The notes beneath the pieces are model-generated. The model saw only the letters and a list, made by a program, of their open reading frames with translations, was not told the origin of the DNA and ran no database searches. The translations under genes and the position numbers were made by a program. From Emiliania huxleyi CCMP1516 (lineage: Eukaryota), in assembly GCF_000372725.1 (NCBI RefSeq), contig NW_005201792.1:1057440-1121439 (forward strand): a stretch of DNA of 64,000 bases, written 5' to 3'. This document shows positions 48,106-58,505 of the stretch, piece by piece; position 1 is the stretch's first letter; each line of letters begins with the position of its first letter.

Positions 48106-48456
48106 TTCGTGTTGTTTGTCGTGTTAGTGCCAGTGCGCGCCAGTCCCGTGCCTAGTGTAAAGAAAGAAAAAAGACACGCCAAGCGAGGGAGGGGTGGGAG
48201 AAGGACAGGGTCCCCACCTGCACGTGCCTAGTAAAGAAAGAAAGAAAGAAAGCATTCAGACAAGTCGACAGACAAGGAGGAGGGAGGGGAGGGATGGGAG
48301 GACTTGGCTAGTGTCCTTTCAGCCATTTTCTTTCTTTCCCTACACCGAGTGTCCTTCTTCGGACTCGTTTTTCGAGCGTTTTTCGAGCGTTTTTCGAGCG
48401 TTTGTTGTCACGGTCTCCTGGGGCCCTCGTTGTTTGTGCTTGTGTCGAACCCGTGA

Positions 48457-49158
48457 ATGGCCTCCGCCATCATCGCCGGCGCCGGCGCCTCCACAGGAGC
48501 CGCGGTCGCACGAATGTGCGCCGCACGCGGCCTCGCTGTGCACGGCGCGCGGCGCCGGCCACCACCGCAGCAGAGCGGCGATACGTTCACGGTATCTGCA
48601 GTGGACTTTCGCGATGAGGAGTCCGTCGAGGCGTTCGTGGCTCGCGTCGAGGAGTCCTCTGGGCCTGTCGCGCTCGGCGTGCACAACATTGGAGCGAATG
48701 TTCAGTTCAGCGTGGCTGACACGACGCCGCAAGTGTTCAGGAAGACTTGGGAGCTTGCCGCGCTGTCGTCGCTCCACTTTGCGCGGGCGCTCGGCGCTCG
48801 CATGGCGTCGCGCGGCGAAGGCACGCTCATATTTACGGGCGCCACAGCCTCGCTGAGAGGCGCGGCTAGTTTTAGCGCGTTTGCCGCGGCGATGCACGCC
48901 AAGCGCGCGCTCGCGCAGTCGCTGGCGCGCGAGCTCGGGCCGCAGGGCGTGCACGTGGCGCACGTCGTCATCGACGGGCCGGTCGACACGCCGTTTGTGC
49001 GGCAGCTGCTCGGCGAGGAGAAGTATGGCTTGCTCAAGCAGCGCGGAGGCTTGCTCGAGCCCGACGCCATTGCGGAGCACTACTGGGCGTTGCACCAGCA
49101 GCCCAAGTCCGCCTGGTCGTTTGAGAGCGACCTACGGCCGTACGCCGAGCGATGGTGA
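48457..49158 (+). CDS. Short-chain dehydrogenase/reductase, atypical active site, intronless
   Basis: IAGAGASTGAAVAR (NAD(P)-binding), HNIGAN, IFTGATASLRG, RALAQSLARELGPQGVHVAHVVIDG, QPKSAWSFESDLRP. Confidence 0.92.
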   Translation: MASAIIAGAGASTGAAVARMCAARGLAVHGARRRPPPQQSGDTFTVSAVDFRDEESVEAFVARVEESSGPVALGVHNIGANVQFSVADTTPQVFRKTWELAALSSLHFARALGARMASRGEGTLIFTGATASLRGAASFSAFAAAMHAKRALAQSLARELGPQGVHVAHVVIDGPVDTPFVRQLLGEEKYGLLKQRGGLLEPDAIAEHYWALHQQPKSAWSFESDLRPYAERW

Positions 49159-49669
49159 CAACTGCCGATGTCTGTGAGGTGCCGCCGCTAGCTACACCTA
49201 GGTAGTGTGTGCCAGTCACTTCCACACCCTTGTCGTGCCAGCGAGAGAAAGATCAAAGAAAAAAATCGCACCTCGAGCGTCGAGGTACGAGGTCGAGGAG
49301 AGTTAGAACGAACAGATCACACAGATCAGAAGACACTAGACAGAACGTTGGACCTACTTTTCTTGTCAACAGGATCATGCGGGGTAGAAGGAAGGAGAGA
49401 AAGAAAACAGAGAACACGGACGAGGGATGCGAAGAGGACAGGGTCCCCACGCCCGCCAGCGCCACAATGTCTAGTGGTCCCACGCCCGCCAGCGCCACAT
49501 GAGTCATGACGCCCACAGCAGCCGCGTTGGTCGGCGCGCGCCGACGCCGACCATCTTTTCTGAAGAGGACAGGGTCCCCACCCACTATGTAGGAAGGTGA
49601 AGAACAGCCAGGCTCGCGTGGCGAGCGTTTCTTGTCAACAGGCACCACAGCCGCCCACTCGGGACACTC

Positions 49670-52600
49670 ATGCCGGCATACTGTGAGCTTCCCGAGAATC
49701 CATTCGAGCCGGCGCTGCGCCTCGTCGCCACGCACCCGCTCTCCTCGTTCTGCGAGACCAAGCAGCCTCCCAAGCAGCCACCACCGAGCGCAAAGCCGGC
49801 ACGCAGCGGCAAAGGCTCGGCAAAGGGCAAAGCGAAGAAGGAGGCGCAGCCGGCGGCGGTGCCAGCGCCCGCGGCGAAGGACGAGAGCAGCCCTCCCGCC
49901 GCCTCCCCCGGCCACGCGGAAAGCGGTCGCAGCTCGCCGCCGTGGCGCCGGCCGCAAGATAGTCCCGTCGACCGGCGTGAGGCAGAAAAGATGAAGGCGT
50001 ACATGAGACAGATCGAGGCGGCGGAGGCGGCGGAGCGGGAGCGCGCAAGGCGGCGGGCGCAACGCGAGGCGTCCGCCGCGGGCGACCCCTGTGCGTGCGG
50101 CCGCGCGCACGGCCGCAAGCTCTCGATGCGTCTCACATCGGGTGGGCGAGAGCATGAAGGCAGTCTCCTCCCCCATGGGGGACCTGTCGGTGACACGTCC
50201 GTGCCGCGCCCACAGGTGGACCGAAGTGTGAGGTCTGCTCTGGCGCGCGGCCGCTCCCTCCGCCGCCCGCGGTGCGCGACGCCCCCCTCTTCACGCCTTC
50301 GGAGGAGGAGTTTGAGGACCCTCTGGCCTACATCGCAAAGGCGCGCAGAGTAGCGCCTTGGCGCAGAGGTCAGCGACTCTTCTCGAGGAGCCGCTCGCCT
50401 ACATCGCAAAGAGACGTAGACGCGTCTTGCACGAGCGCAGCCGCCCTAGCCCTGACCCTGACCCTGACCCTGACCCTGACCCTGACCCTGACCCTGACCC
50501 TGACCCTGACCCTGACCCTGACCCTGACCCTGACCCTGACCCTGACCCCTGACCCCTGACCCCTGACCCCTGACCCCTGATCCCTGGCCCAAGGTCCAGC
50601 GCTCCTTTTACGAGTACGGTGCCGCGCACCGCGTAGATGCAGAAGCGGCAGCTCTGCGGGGCCCTCTCTGCAACCCCCCCCCCCCCCACACACACCCACT
50701 CCCTCCTCCCCCGCTGGCCCAGCACTCCGCTGACCACCCTGCGGCGTTGCACCTGCGGCGTTGCACCTTGCGGCGTTGTCTCTTCACGCACACCCGGAAA
50801 GGCGCTTTGCCGCGCCGCGGCTTGCACAGCACCCTCCCCCCCCTTCCCCGCCTCTGCAGGCATCTGCCGCATCCGCCCTCCGCCCAGCTGGTCCCCCCCT
50901 CACACCTTCCACCTCCGCCACGGACCCGACGCCGCAGAGCCGACAGCGCCCCGCCCAAAGCCGGAGCCACCCTCCCCTCCCCAACCGCCACCCGAGCCAC
51001 CCTCCTCCGACCACCCGCCCCACCCGCCCCACCCGCCCCACCCGCCCCACCCGCGGCCCGGCGCGCGATGGAGCGGCGCCGCCGGCAGCGCCGCCGCCAA
51101 CGGCGCCGCCGCCGCTGGCGCTGCCGCCGCTGGCGCTGCCGCCGCTGGCGCCGCCGCCGCCAGTCCCGTGGCTGGGACGGCTCCCCCGCCGGGTGCCCCG
51201 CCGCTGCAGGAGCAGAGCTCGCACGGCCGCGTGCTAACCCAACCCTAACCCTAACCCTGACCCTAACCCTTACCCTTACCCTTACCCTAACCGCTGCAGG
51301 AGCAGAGCTCGTATGGCCGCGTGCTGCCGCCGAGCGACGTCTCGTACAGCGCCATTGGCGAGGAGAGACGCAGCTCTCCGCCTGGCTGCAGAGAATGGGT
51401 CAGTTAGGGATTACACGCTAGTCGTAACGAAGTAGGAGACGCAGTTCTCCGCCCGGCTGCAGAGGATCGGCACGCGCGCCGAGGCTAGCGGCCACGCCGC
51501 CCCACGTCTCTTAATTAATGAATACACTAATGTCACTATTGATGAACAGGAGAGCGGCCACGCCGCCCCCTTCATCTGCACTTTCGTCTCCGCGTACGCC
51601 TCTGTCGCCCTCGGCGCGCTCAAGAAGATGGACGCCGAGCTTCGGTCCGAGGCCTTCCCGGGTCAGCCGGCGGAGGAGCCGCCGGCGGCGGAGGCGGCGG
51701 AGCGCTTCTTCTGGGAGCGGCTAGCTTCGGAGAGCGAGGCGCGTGTCTGGCGTCGACAGCGGCGCGCCGAGCCTGCTCGCCGTCAGCCCGAGATTTGCCG
51801 AGATCAGGCGCGCGTGCTGTACTGCTCGGACGTCGAGGGGACGGCCTTCCCGACCGGCGCACCTCGCACCGCCGCACCGGCCCTCCTCTCCCCACCACAG
51901 GCCCGCCCCTGTGCACTCTCCCCCGCACCCCCCCCCCCCCCCCGCACTCTCCCCGCCGCTTCTCACCGCGCCAGACCGCGCCAGGATGGGCGCCCGCCCC
52001 CTTGCTAGGAAGTGTCGTGGGAAGTGTCGAGGAAGTGTCTAGGATGTGTCTAGCCGGAGGAAGCGCCCCTTTGCGGTCAGGCGCGCGCGACGGCCCAACG
52101 GCGAGGGACGCCCGCTGGTCGCTGCAGCAGATCGCCAGCCACGACGCGTCGCTGCTGCGCTTCGTGCGGTACGACATCCCCGGCGTGAACACGCCGATGC
52201 TCTACTTCGGGATGCTCTTCGCGATGTTTTGCTGGCACGTCGAGGACAGCCACATGTACTCGATCTCGTACCTGCACGAGGGCGCGCCACACAGACTGTG
52301 GCACGGCTTCATTGCTACTCCACTCATTAGTTCGTGTGAACTAACTAGGGGCGCCAAAGACGTGGTGCGGCGTCTCGCCGCGCCAGGCCTAATTAATTAA
52401 CACGTACCTAATTAGTCCTGGCCTAATTAATCAACCAGGTACGGCGTCTCGCCGCGCCAGGCCGCCGCCTTCGAGTCCGTCTTCGCCGACGCGGCTTTCC
52501 CGCGCGACGTTGCCGCCGACCCGCTGCTGCTGCAGAAGAAGGCGTCCATGATCCCGCCGCACATGCTCACCAGCCGCGGGGTCGCCGTCTGCCGCGCCGT

Positions 52601-54281
52601 GCAGCAGCCGGGTGAGTTCGTCGTCACGCTGCCGCAGGCCCAGACACTTCCTAGACACTTCCTAGACACTTCCTAGACACTTCCGAGACACTTCCGAGAC
52701 ACTGCCGAGACACTGCCGAGACACAGCGCGAGTTGTCGTCACGTTGCCGCCACGCCACGGAACGCACAGCGCAGTTTCACGTTGAGCAGCGGCGAGTGGC
52801 TCCGCCCCAGGCCTACGTACTGACACGAGACATTCTCTTGTCTGACCGCCTACCACGCTGGCACGAGATGGCATTCTTCACACGCTCGCCTGGCCGCAGG
52901 CCTACCACGCCGGCTTCTCGCTCGGCTTCAACGCCGCCGAGGCGGTCAACTTCATGCTCGCCGATTGGCTGCCGTACGCACTCTCCGCCTCGGAGGCGTA
53001 CCGCACGCTGGGCAAGGAGAGAGCGCACCCTCGCCCCGCGCACCCTCCCCTCCCCTCCCCTACCCGCCCTCCTCTCCTACCCGCCCTCCTCTCCCTCGGC
53101 GACCCTCTGCGACCTTCGGCGAACCTCGGCGAACCCTCGGCGACCCTCAGGAGCCGGCGATCGACTTGGAGCACCTCCTCCTCGACGCCGCGGAAGCTCG
53201 CCACTCCGCGGAGGCGGCGGTGCGGCTCAAGGCAGCGACACTTCCGAGAGACTTCCGAGACACTACCTAGACAGGCGGCGCTGCGGCTCAGGGCAGCGAG
53301 CGCCGGGAGGACCCGAGATGGGCCGAGATGGGTTCGAGACTTGCGCCCTCTGCGCGGAGGGAGGGCTGCGCGCAGGAGGCTCGAGGCTCAAGGCGGCGTG
53401 GCGCTGGTTCCGTGAGTCCCCTCCCCCCCCCTTCCCTCGCCGCCAGGTGCTCGTCGACGAAGAGATTCGCGCGCGCGCTTCCGTGCGCTCGAGAGGCGTG
53501 CCCGAGGTGCAGCCGCACGAGCGCGTCTCGCCCCGCCGGTCGACGCACCGTCGTCCCGGCGCCAGTCGTTGCCTGTCGTGCCGGTAGGTTCGGATGCACG
53601 AGTCCGACCGCGCCGTCAACGTCGGGCGCGGGCCGGCTTGCCTCCGGTGCGGCCACACCTGCCACTTCTCCTTCGTCCAGATCGGGACGGACCGCTCGCG
53701 CGGCGGCGAGAAGAAGGGGCGCGGCGGCCGCCAGCTCGCCTGCCTCCGCCACTTCGAGGAGCTGCCCGAGGGGCGGCCACGCCTATCTTCTCGATTTCGG
53801 CCCTTCACTGGTGAGTTCTGGTTCATGACTTAGGAGCTGCCCGCCGAGGGGCGTCACCTCTTTGTGCGGCACGAGGACGAGGTGCTGCGCGGCATCGTCG
53901 CGCGCTCCGCCGACGCCAAGCCGGCGAGCAGGCCCGACCGCGCGTAGATGCTCCTAGACGTGTTCCTAGACCTCTCCCTAGACCTCTCCCTAGACCTCTC
54001 CCTAGACCTCTCTCCAGACACGCCCCAGATGCCAGGTCCACCGCTCTCTCAGATGCCGCGCCTGGCTCCGTCCCCTCTTGACGCGTGTTGCGCCACTTGC
54101 GTCCTCGCCGCCTCACCCGCCCCCCCCCCCCTCCTCCCCTCCACCCCTCCCCTCGACGCGCAGGCCGATGCTCGACCCGCCCGCAAAGCCGGGGCCGTTG
54201 CCGCAGGCGATGCAGCGCGCCATCGCCGAGCTTGACGCGCAGCACAAGCTCAAGCGGCAGAGGCGCTCCAAGCCTAGCTGA
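49670..54281 (+). CDS. JmjN/JmjC histone lysine demethylase (KDM5/JARID-like) with C5HC2-like Zn finger; many introns
   Basis: JmjN: APLFTPSEEEFEDPLAYIAK|VQRSFYEY|GICRIRPP. JmjC: IPGVNTPMLYFGMLFAMFCWHVEDSHMYSISYLHEG|APKTW|YGV...VQQPGEFVVTLPQ|AYHAGFSLGFNAAEAVNF (Fe ligands H-x-E...H). Zn finger: CLRCGHTCHFS...ACLRH. Confidence 0.9.
50446..50585. repeat. Telomere-like (CCCTGA)n array in a JmjC-gene intron
   Basis: About 21 CCCTGA/CCCCTGA units. Confidence 0.95.
51236..51290. repeat. Telomeric (CCCTAA/CCCTGA/CCCTTA)n tract flanked by 35-bp direct repeats
   Basis: Tract lies between 51201-51235 and 51291-51325 (CCGCTGCAGGAGCAGAGCTCG.A.GGCCGCGTGCT). Confidence 0.95.
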
Positions 54282-55053
54282 CGGGCCGCGGCTGTCGGGC
54301 TTGGCGCGGTAGGTGCGATGGAGCGAGGTAGGGGTGCGAGGTAGGGGGCTCCGGGCGTCTGGGCGTCTGGGGTGTGGGACTGGGCGCGGCCACAGCTGTG
54401 CTGTTGCAGAGGGCGCGCATCATGCGCTAGTACGCCAGGGAACCAGCATGCTGGTGGACGAGCTCCTGGCGCGGGTCAGTGGAGATAGCCCCACAAATCA
54501 GTGGAATTAGTTTTCAGACATGTTTTCAGAGGACAGAGCGAGAGGATTCGTCATTCGTCAACCGCCCCCGGAAACCGCGCGCGCGTGGGCCGTGGCGGCT
54601 GGAGCGAGCGAGCGCGGAGCGGCCGAGCGCGCGACCCCGCGACCGCGACGCGACCAACAACACCACACATAAAACGTCCGCGCGCATCTTACCATCTTAG
54701 GGATTTGCCAACAATATACCTACAATCTTAGGCGCAAATCGCACAGCCGATCGCACTTGGAGCACTTGGAGTGCAGTCGGCAGCCTCACATCCAGGGCCG
54801 GGGAGCTTAGAAGCGCACCCAGCGGGCCGGATGATCGGGATCGGGCTACGGGCTAGAGAGCCCTGACCCCTAGCTAGGGGGGGTGCGCATTCGCAGGGCA
54901 AGGGCCTTAAGGTAAACACGGATCGGTCTCCGACCTCTTTTTCTTGAAAGACGTAGAACCCACACGACAGCCGCAGCGCGGCGCCGTCTGCTCGGCGCGC
55001 AGGTCGGCGAAAGGAATTTGCTCGTGCTTTGCGGACGCAGTGCGCATCGCAGG

Positions 55054-56124
55054 ATGAGACTCCCGTGCGACCAGATCGTCGAAGAGCTGCCGCTGCTCAA
55101 GGGTGACGTGCACAATGTGACGAGTGATGAGTATTTGCAGACGATCGCGACGCGGCTACTATACTCGCGCTCGTGCGGCGTGTACTACTTTTCGCTTCTC
55201 GCCGCCTCCGTCACCGAGGTGGTCTGGATCCTCCACCCCTGGGCGGTGCCCGGCCACGAGCGGCGAATCGACTATCCCGACTCGTGGCGCGTGAGATAGA
55301 CGCACATCTACGCGCAGCCGACACTGCCGGACACGCTCGAGTCGCCTCGCCGCCAGCCCGCGCTCTCGCGCCCGCCGCTGGTGCCTGCCTATCGCTCCGA
55401 CAGCCGCCGCTCCTCGCAGGCTCTTCTTTCTGGTCGAGCTCTACCTCACCGCGGGCCTGTTTGGAGAGACGGCGCTACGGATCGTGCGCCAGCGCGCCGC
55501 CTTCTGGGGGCAGTGCGGCAACGTCTTCGACGCCGCCGTCTGCGTCCTCTCCCTCGTCTCGTTTGCACTGCCTCTGCTCAAGCTGGCGCGGGAGATGGAG
55601 GCGAGGTGTAGCCGAGATGAAGCCGAGATGTGGAGAGCTCGGTTTGGCGCGCGAGAGAGGGGCCGCAGCGGCAGAGGGCTCGCAGCGGCAGAGGGCTCGC
55701 ATGGAGAGCAGCGGCAGAGGGCTCGCATGGAGAGGCGCCGCGCTCCGAGCCCCTCGGTGCGGGTGCGCAGGTCGCCCTCCTCTCCATCATGGCGGCCTGG
55801 GTCTGGCTGAGGATGGCGCGCCTCCTCTCCGTCGCCCGCACGCTCCACAGGCAGCGCTCGACTGCTGTCGGTCGGCTCGACGTCTCCTTCGACGACGGCC
55901 TCGGCAGGCACTCGTCGTGCTCGTCCTCGAACGGGTCCTCGGACGAGGAGCCGCCGCCTAGGCGGCACGCCCCGACGGCGAGCACTCGCCCTTCACTGCG
56001 CCGACGCTGTGAACAGGAAGCTGTGCTCGGCGTCATCACCGAGGGCGCCGAGCAGCAGCAGCAGCAGCATGCCCTCCTCCGGCCACGCTCCCTGCCCGCG
56101 GGCTTGGGCCGGCTGTCGAGCTGA
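55054..56124 (+). CDS. Stand-alone voltage-sensor-like (S1-S4) membrane protein; two introns
   Basis: S1 GVYYFSLLAASVTEVVWIL; S2 FFLVELYLTAGLFGETALRI; S3 GNVFDAAVCVLSLVSF; S4 WVWLRMARLLSVARTL. No pore helix follows. Confidence 0.7.
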
Positions 56125-56431
56125 CCCGCGCTCACTCCAAAACTCTACCACGGTTCCTGTGTTTCATGGTGAGATAACGCGCTCAACGCGCGATATGTGT
56201 GCACCGGGTCTTTCTTTTTTTGATTTTGTCAATTCAACTCATCAGTGAACATCATACATCAGCACTGGATCGAGAGAACATTTATGTGCTGACAGATTAC
56301 ACTGAGAACAACACCGGAAGAAAAGAAAGCGAGAGAGAGAGAGAAGAAAATCAAGAAACATATATATTGGACTGTGTGTCAGCTCTGTGTGTGTCTCATG
56401 TATACGTACGTCAGGGGCGGCGACCCCCCCA

Positions 56432-56610
56432 TCTACAGATGATATGCGCATCTTGAGATAATATGCATCTAAGATGCGCCCTACCTGATCACTGTCTTGC
56501 CTCTGTATATGTGCTCGACGGCATCTCTAGATGTTTTTTTTTCAACTAAGATGCCGGAGCATCCTGGGATATGCTCGAATCATCTGAAGATGCTCGTGGG
56601 GCATTTAATG
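56432..56610. repeat. GCATCT/AGATGC palindromic low-complexity cluster
   Basis: Repeated short hairpin-like units, e.g. GCATCTAAGATGC, GCATCTCTAGATG, CATCTGAAGATG. Confidence 0.55.
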
Positions 56611-57271
56611 ATTATGTAAATGCAAGTTAAATTAAAGTATTAAAGACTTTTGAGCGGCGTGTGAGCCCTTGGATCAAATAAGTTGGAGTGGAGACTATGA
56701 ATCTATGCTTCTCTCACGCACGAGCTGCTATGCTATATGTAAGTGTGAAGCTCACCCATTGAGGAAGTGAGAACTGCTCGACCCACCCCTGATCCTGCTG
56801 AACGAGCTACTCTTGTAGCTCGATCGGTCACACCGCCACCGCCGTCGAGGAGAGGGGGGCGGACGACACTGCTTCGGCAGCGTGCACCTCGATCCTGTAC
56901 CGTGTTTGTTATGACCCCCCCCCCGATGAACACACCAGCGAGGGAGGGCGAGACGATCGAGGGGTCCCGTACGATGCGGAATCGATCGACACTATCCAGT
57001 GCTAAAGTACTAAAGTGTGATGTGACTAACTAACCACTCTGTCGTGTCTGTGGAATATTACTGATGGTGATGGAACTGCGAGCCAGTGAGTGATGGTGGG
57101 GCACTTAGCCCTTGAATCGGCGCGCCGTGCCAAGAATCTTCTCCTCATAGACAGTCAAGAGGATTTTTGTAGACTCCGCGCGAGGCTACAGATTTTTCAC
57201 CGCTGAGTACCGGGTAGTAACGACGTCCGACGCTTGAAACGTCGACTCGCCCTGAACGCGAACACACGTAT

Positions 57272-58048
57272 ATGCGCCGCGTGGTGGACGACCAGCAGCG
57301 GGAGAGTGTGCGATCGAAGGAGGCGTGGCGCGAGCGGCAGGCTGCGATCTCGGCGCAGCTCAAGAGACTGCATCATGAGGACCAGAGACGCTCGCCCCGA
57401 AAGGCAAACGGGCTGCCTCGCAAGAGCTTTGGTAGCGGCCCGCCACCCGCCAGTCCAAGGACTGGCTCGCCTTCGACTCCGCGGACGCGTCTAGCGGAGA
57501 GCCATAACAGCCTCTCCTCGTCCGACAGCATCAGGTCTGACCTGGCCTGCGAGGGTCTGCACGGGTCTGTGGGTGAGGGCTTCCTCTCAGTCTACCGGGA
57601 GGCCGCCGTGGATTACCGACGCTCGGTGTCCGAGGCCGTCCTCGCCATTGATGACGCCAAAGATGCCGGGGTGCAGCGCTGGCGGAATCAGCTCCGGATC
57701 GAGGCGGAGGCGTTGCATGCGGAGCTCTCGAGGGAGCTAGAGCTGCACGCGGAGCGGCTGGCGGCCGAGCTGTCGCGCACCGCCGAGGCACACCTCGCGC
57801 GGATCGAAGGTGCGGAGTCTGCGCGCTGCCCCGCCGAGGCTGCCGAGGGGCGCCGGGACGCGGGCGCGTCGCAGCCCTGCCGGCGGCGCCCGGAGCGTGG
57901 CAGGGTGATTGCAGGGGTTGTGGCGAGCGTCGGCATCGGCGCCCTCCTCGTGCTCGGACTTCGGTCATTCGACCGGGGGCGGTGGCCAGCCGCCGCCCTC
58001 TGGCTGGGGCTGTCTCGACCGGCCGCAGCTAGGGCGGCGCTGGCATAA
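57272..58048 (+). CDS. Hypothetical coiled-coil protein with C-terminal TM anchor
   Basis: 258-aa ATG ORF with heptad segments and VIAGVVASVGIGALLVLGL near the end. Confidence 0.55.
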   Translation: MRRVVDDQQRESVRSKEAWRERQAAISAQLKRLHHEDQRRSPRKANGLPRKSFGSGPPPASPRTGSPSTPRTRLAESHNSLSSSDSIRSDLACEGLHGSVGEGFLSVYREAAVDYRRSVSEAVLAIDDAKDAGVQRWRNQLRIEAEALHAELSRELELHAERLAAELSRTAEAHLARIEGAESARCPAEAAEGRRDAGASQPCRRRPERGRVIAGVVASVGIGALLVLGLRSFDRGRWPAAALWLGLSRPAAARAALA

Positions 58049-58505
58049 GCGGTGAGGGCGCGGGGTATGGCAGGCTCCCCAACAGAGGACTATCTGTGTG
58101 TGATCTTGGGGCCAGGAGCTGTGTCTTTGCGTGGACAGAGATTTCGGGCCGTGGTTTTTGTGCGGGCAGAGACGCGCCGCAGCATTTCTCTTCACGTGAG
58201 TTCTTCACGTGTAAACATATGATCTCTGTACTCTGATCTGCGAACGCGTGCGGAGAGGGCGGTCTGCATTCTCTGCCACGATGCCTGATCCTGTTCTGTG
58301 TGTGTTGGAGGAGAGAGAGATCAGCCATTACTCTGTCCACTTGGTGGAGCACTTGGAGTCGACTCACGAATTCTTTTTCCGAGCACCGACGCTCGGCGGT
58401 AAGCGCGCGCGCTCGCCGAGCAAGTACCCGGGTAGCGCTCCGAACAACACCAGCTCCACTGGTTGGCTGCTGCGCGGCCCGGGCGTGTCCGCGGCCGCAG
58501 TCTCT

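Noticed and set aside
50446..50585. True chromosome end
   Set aside because: The array is short, variant (CCCTGA) and internal to a gene with coding exons on both sides.
49670..54281. JmjC (and MED23) as pseudogenes because of stops and frame shifts
   Set aside because: The interruptions I traced fall in segments removable as GT/GC/GA-AG introns that restore conserved residues.
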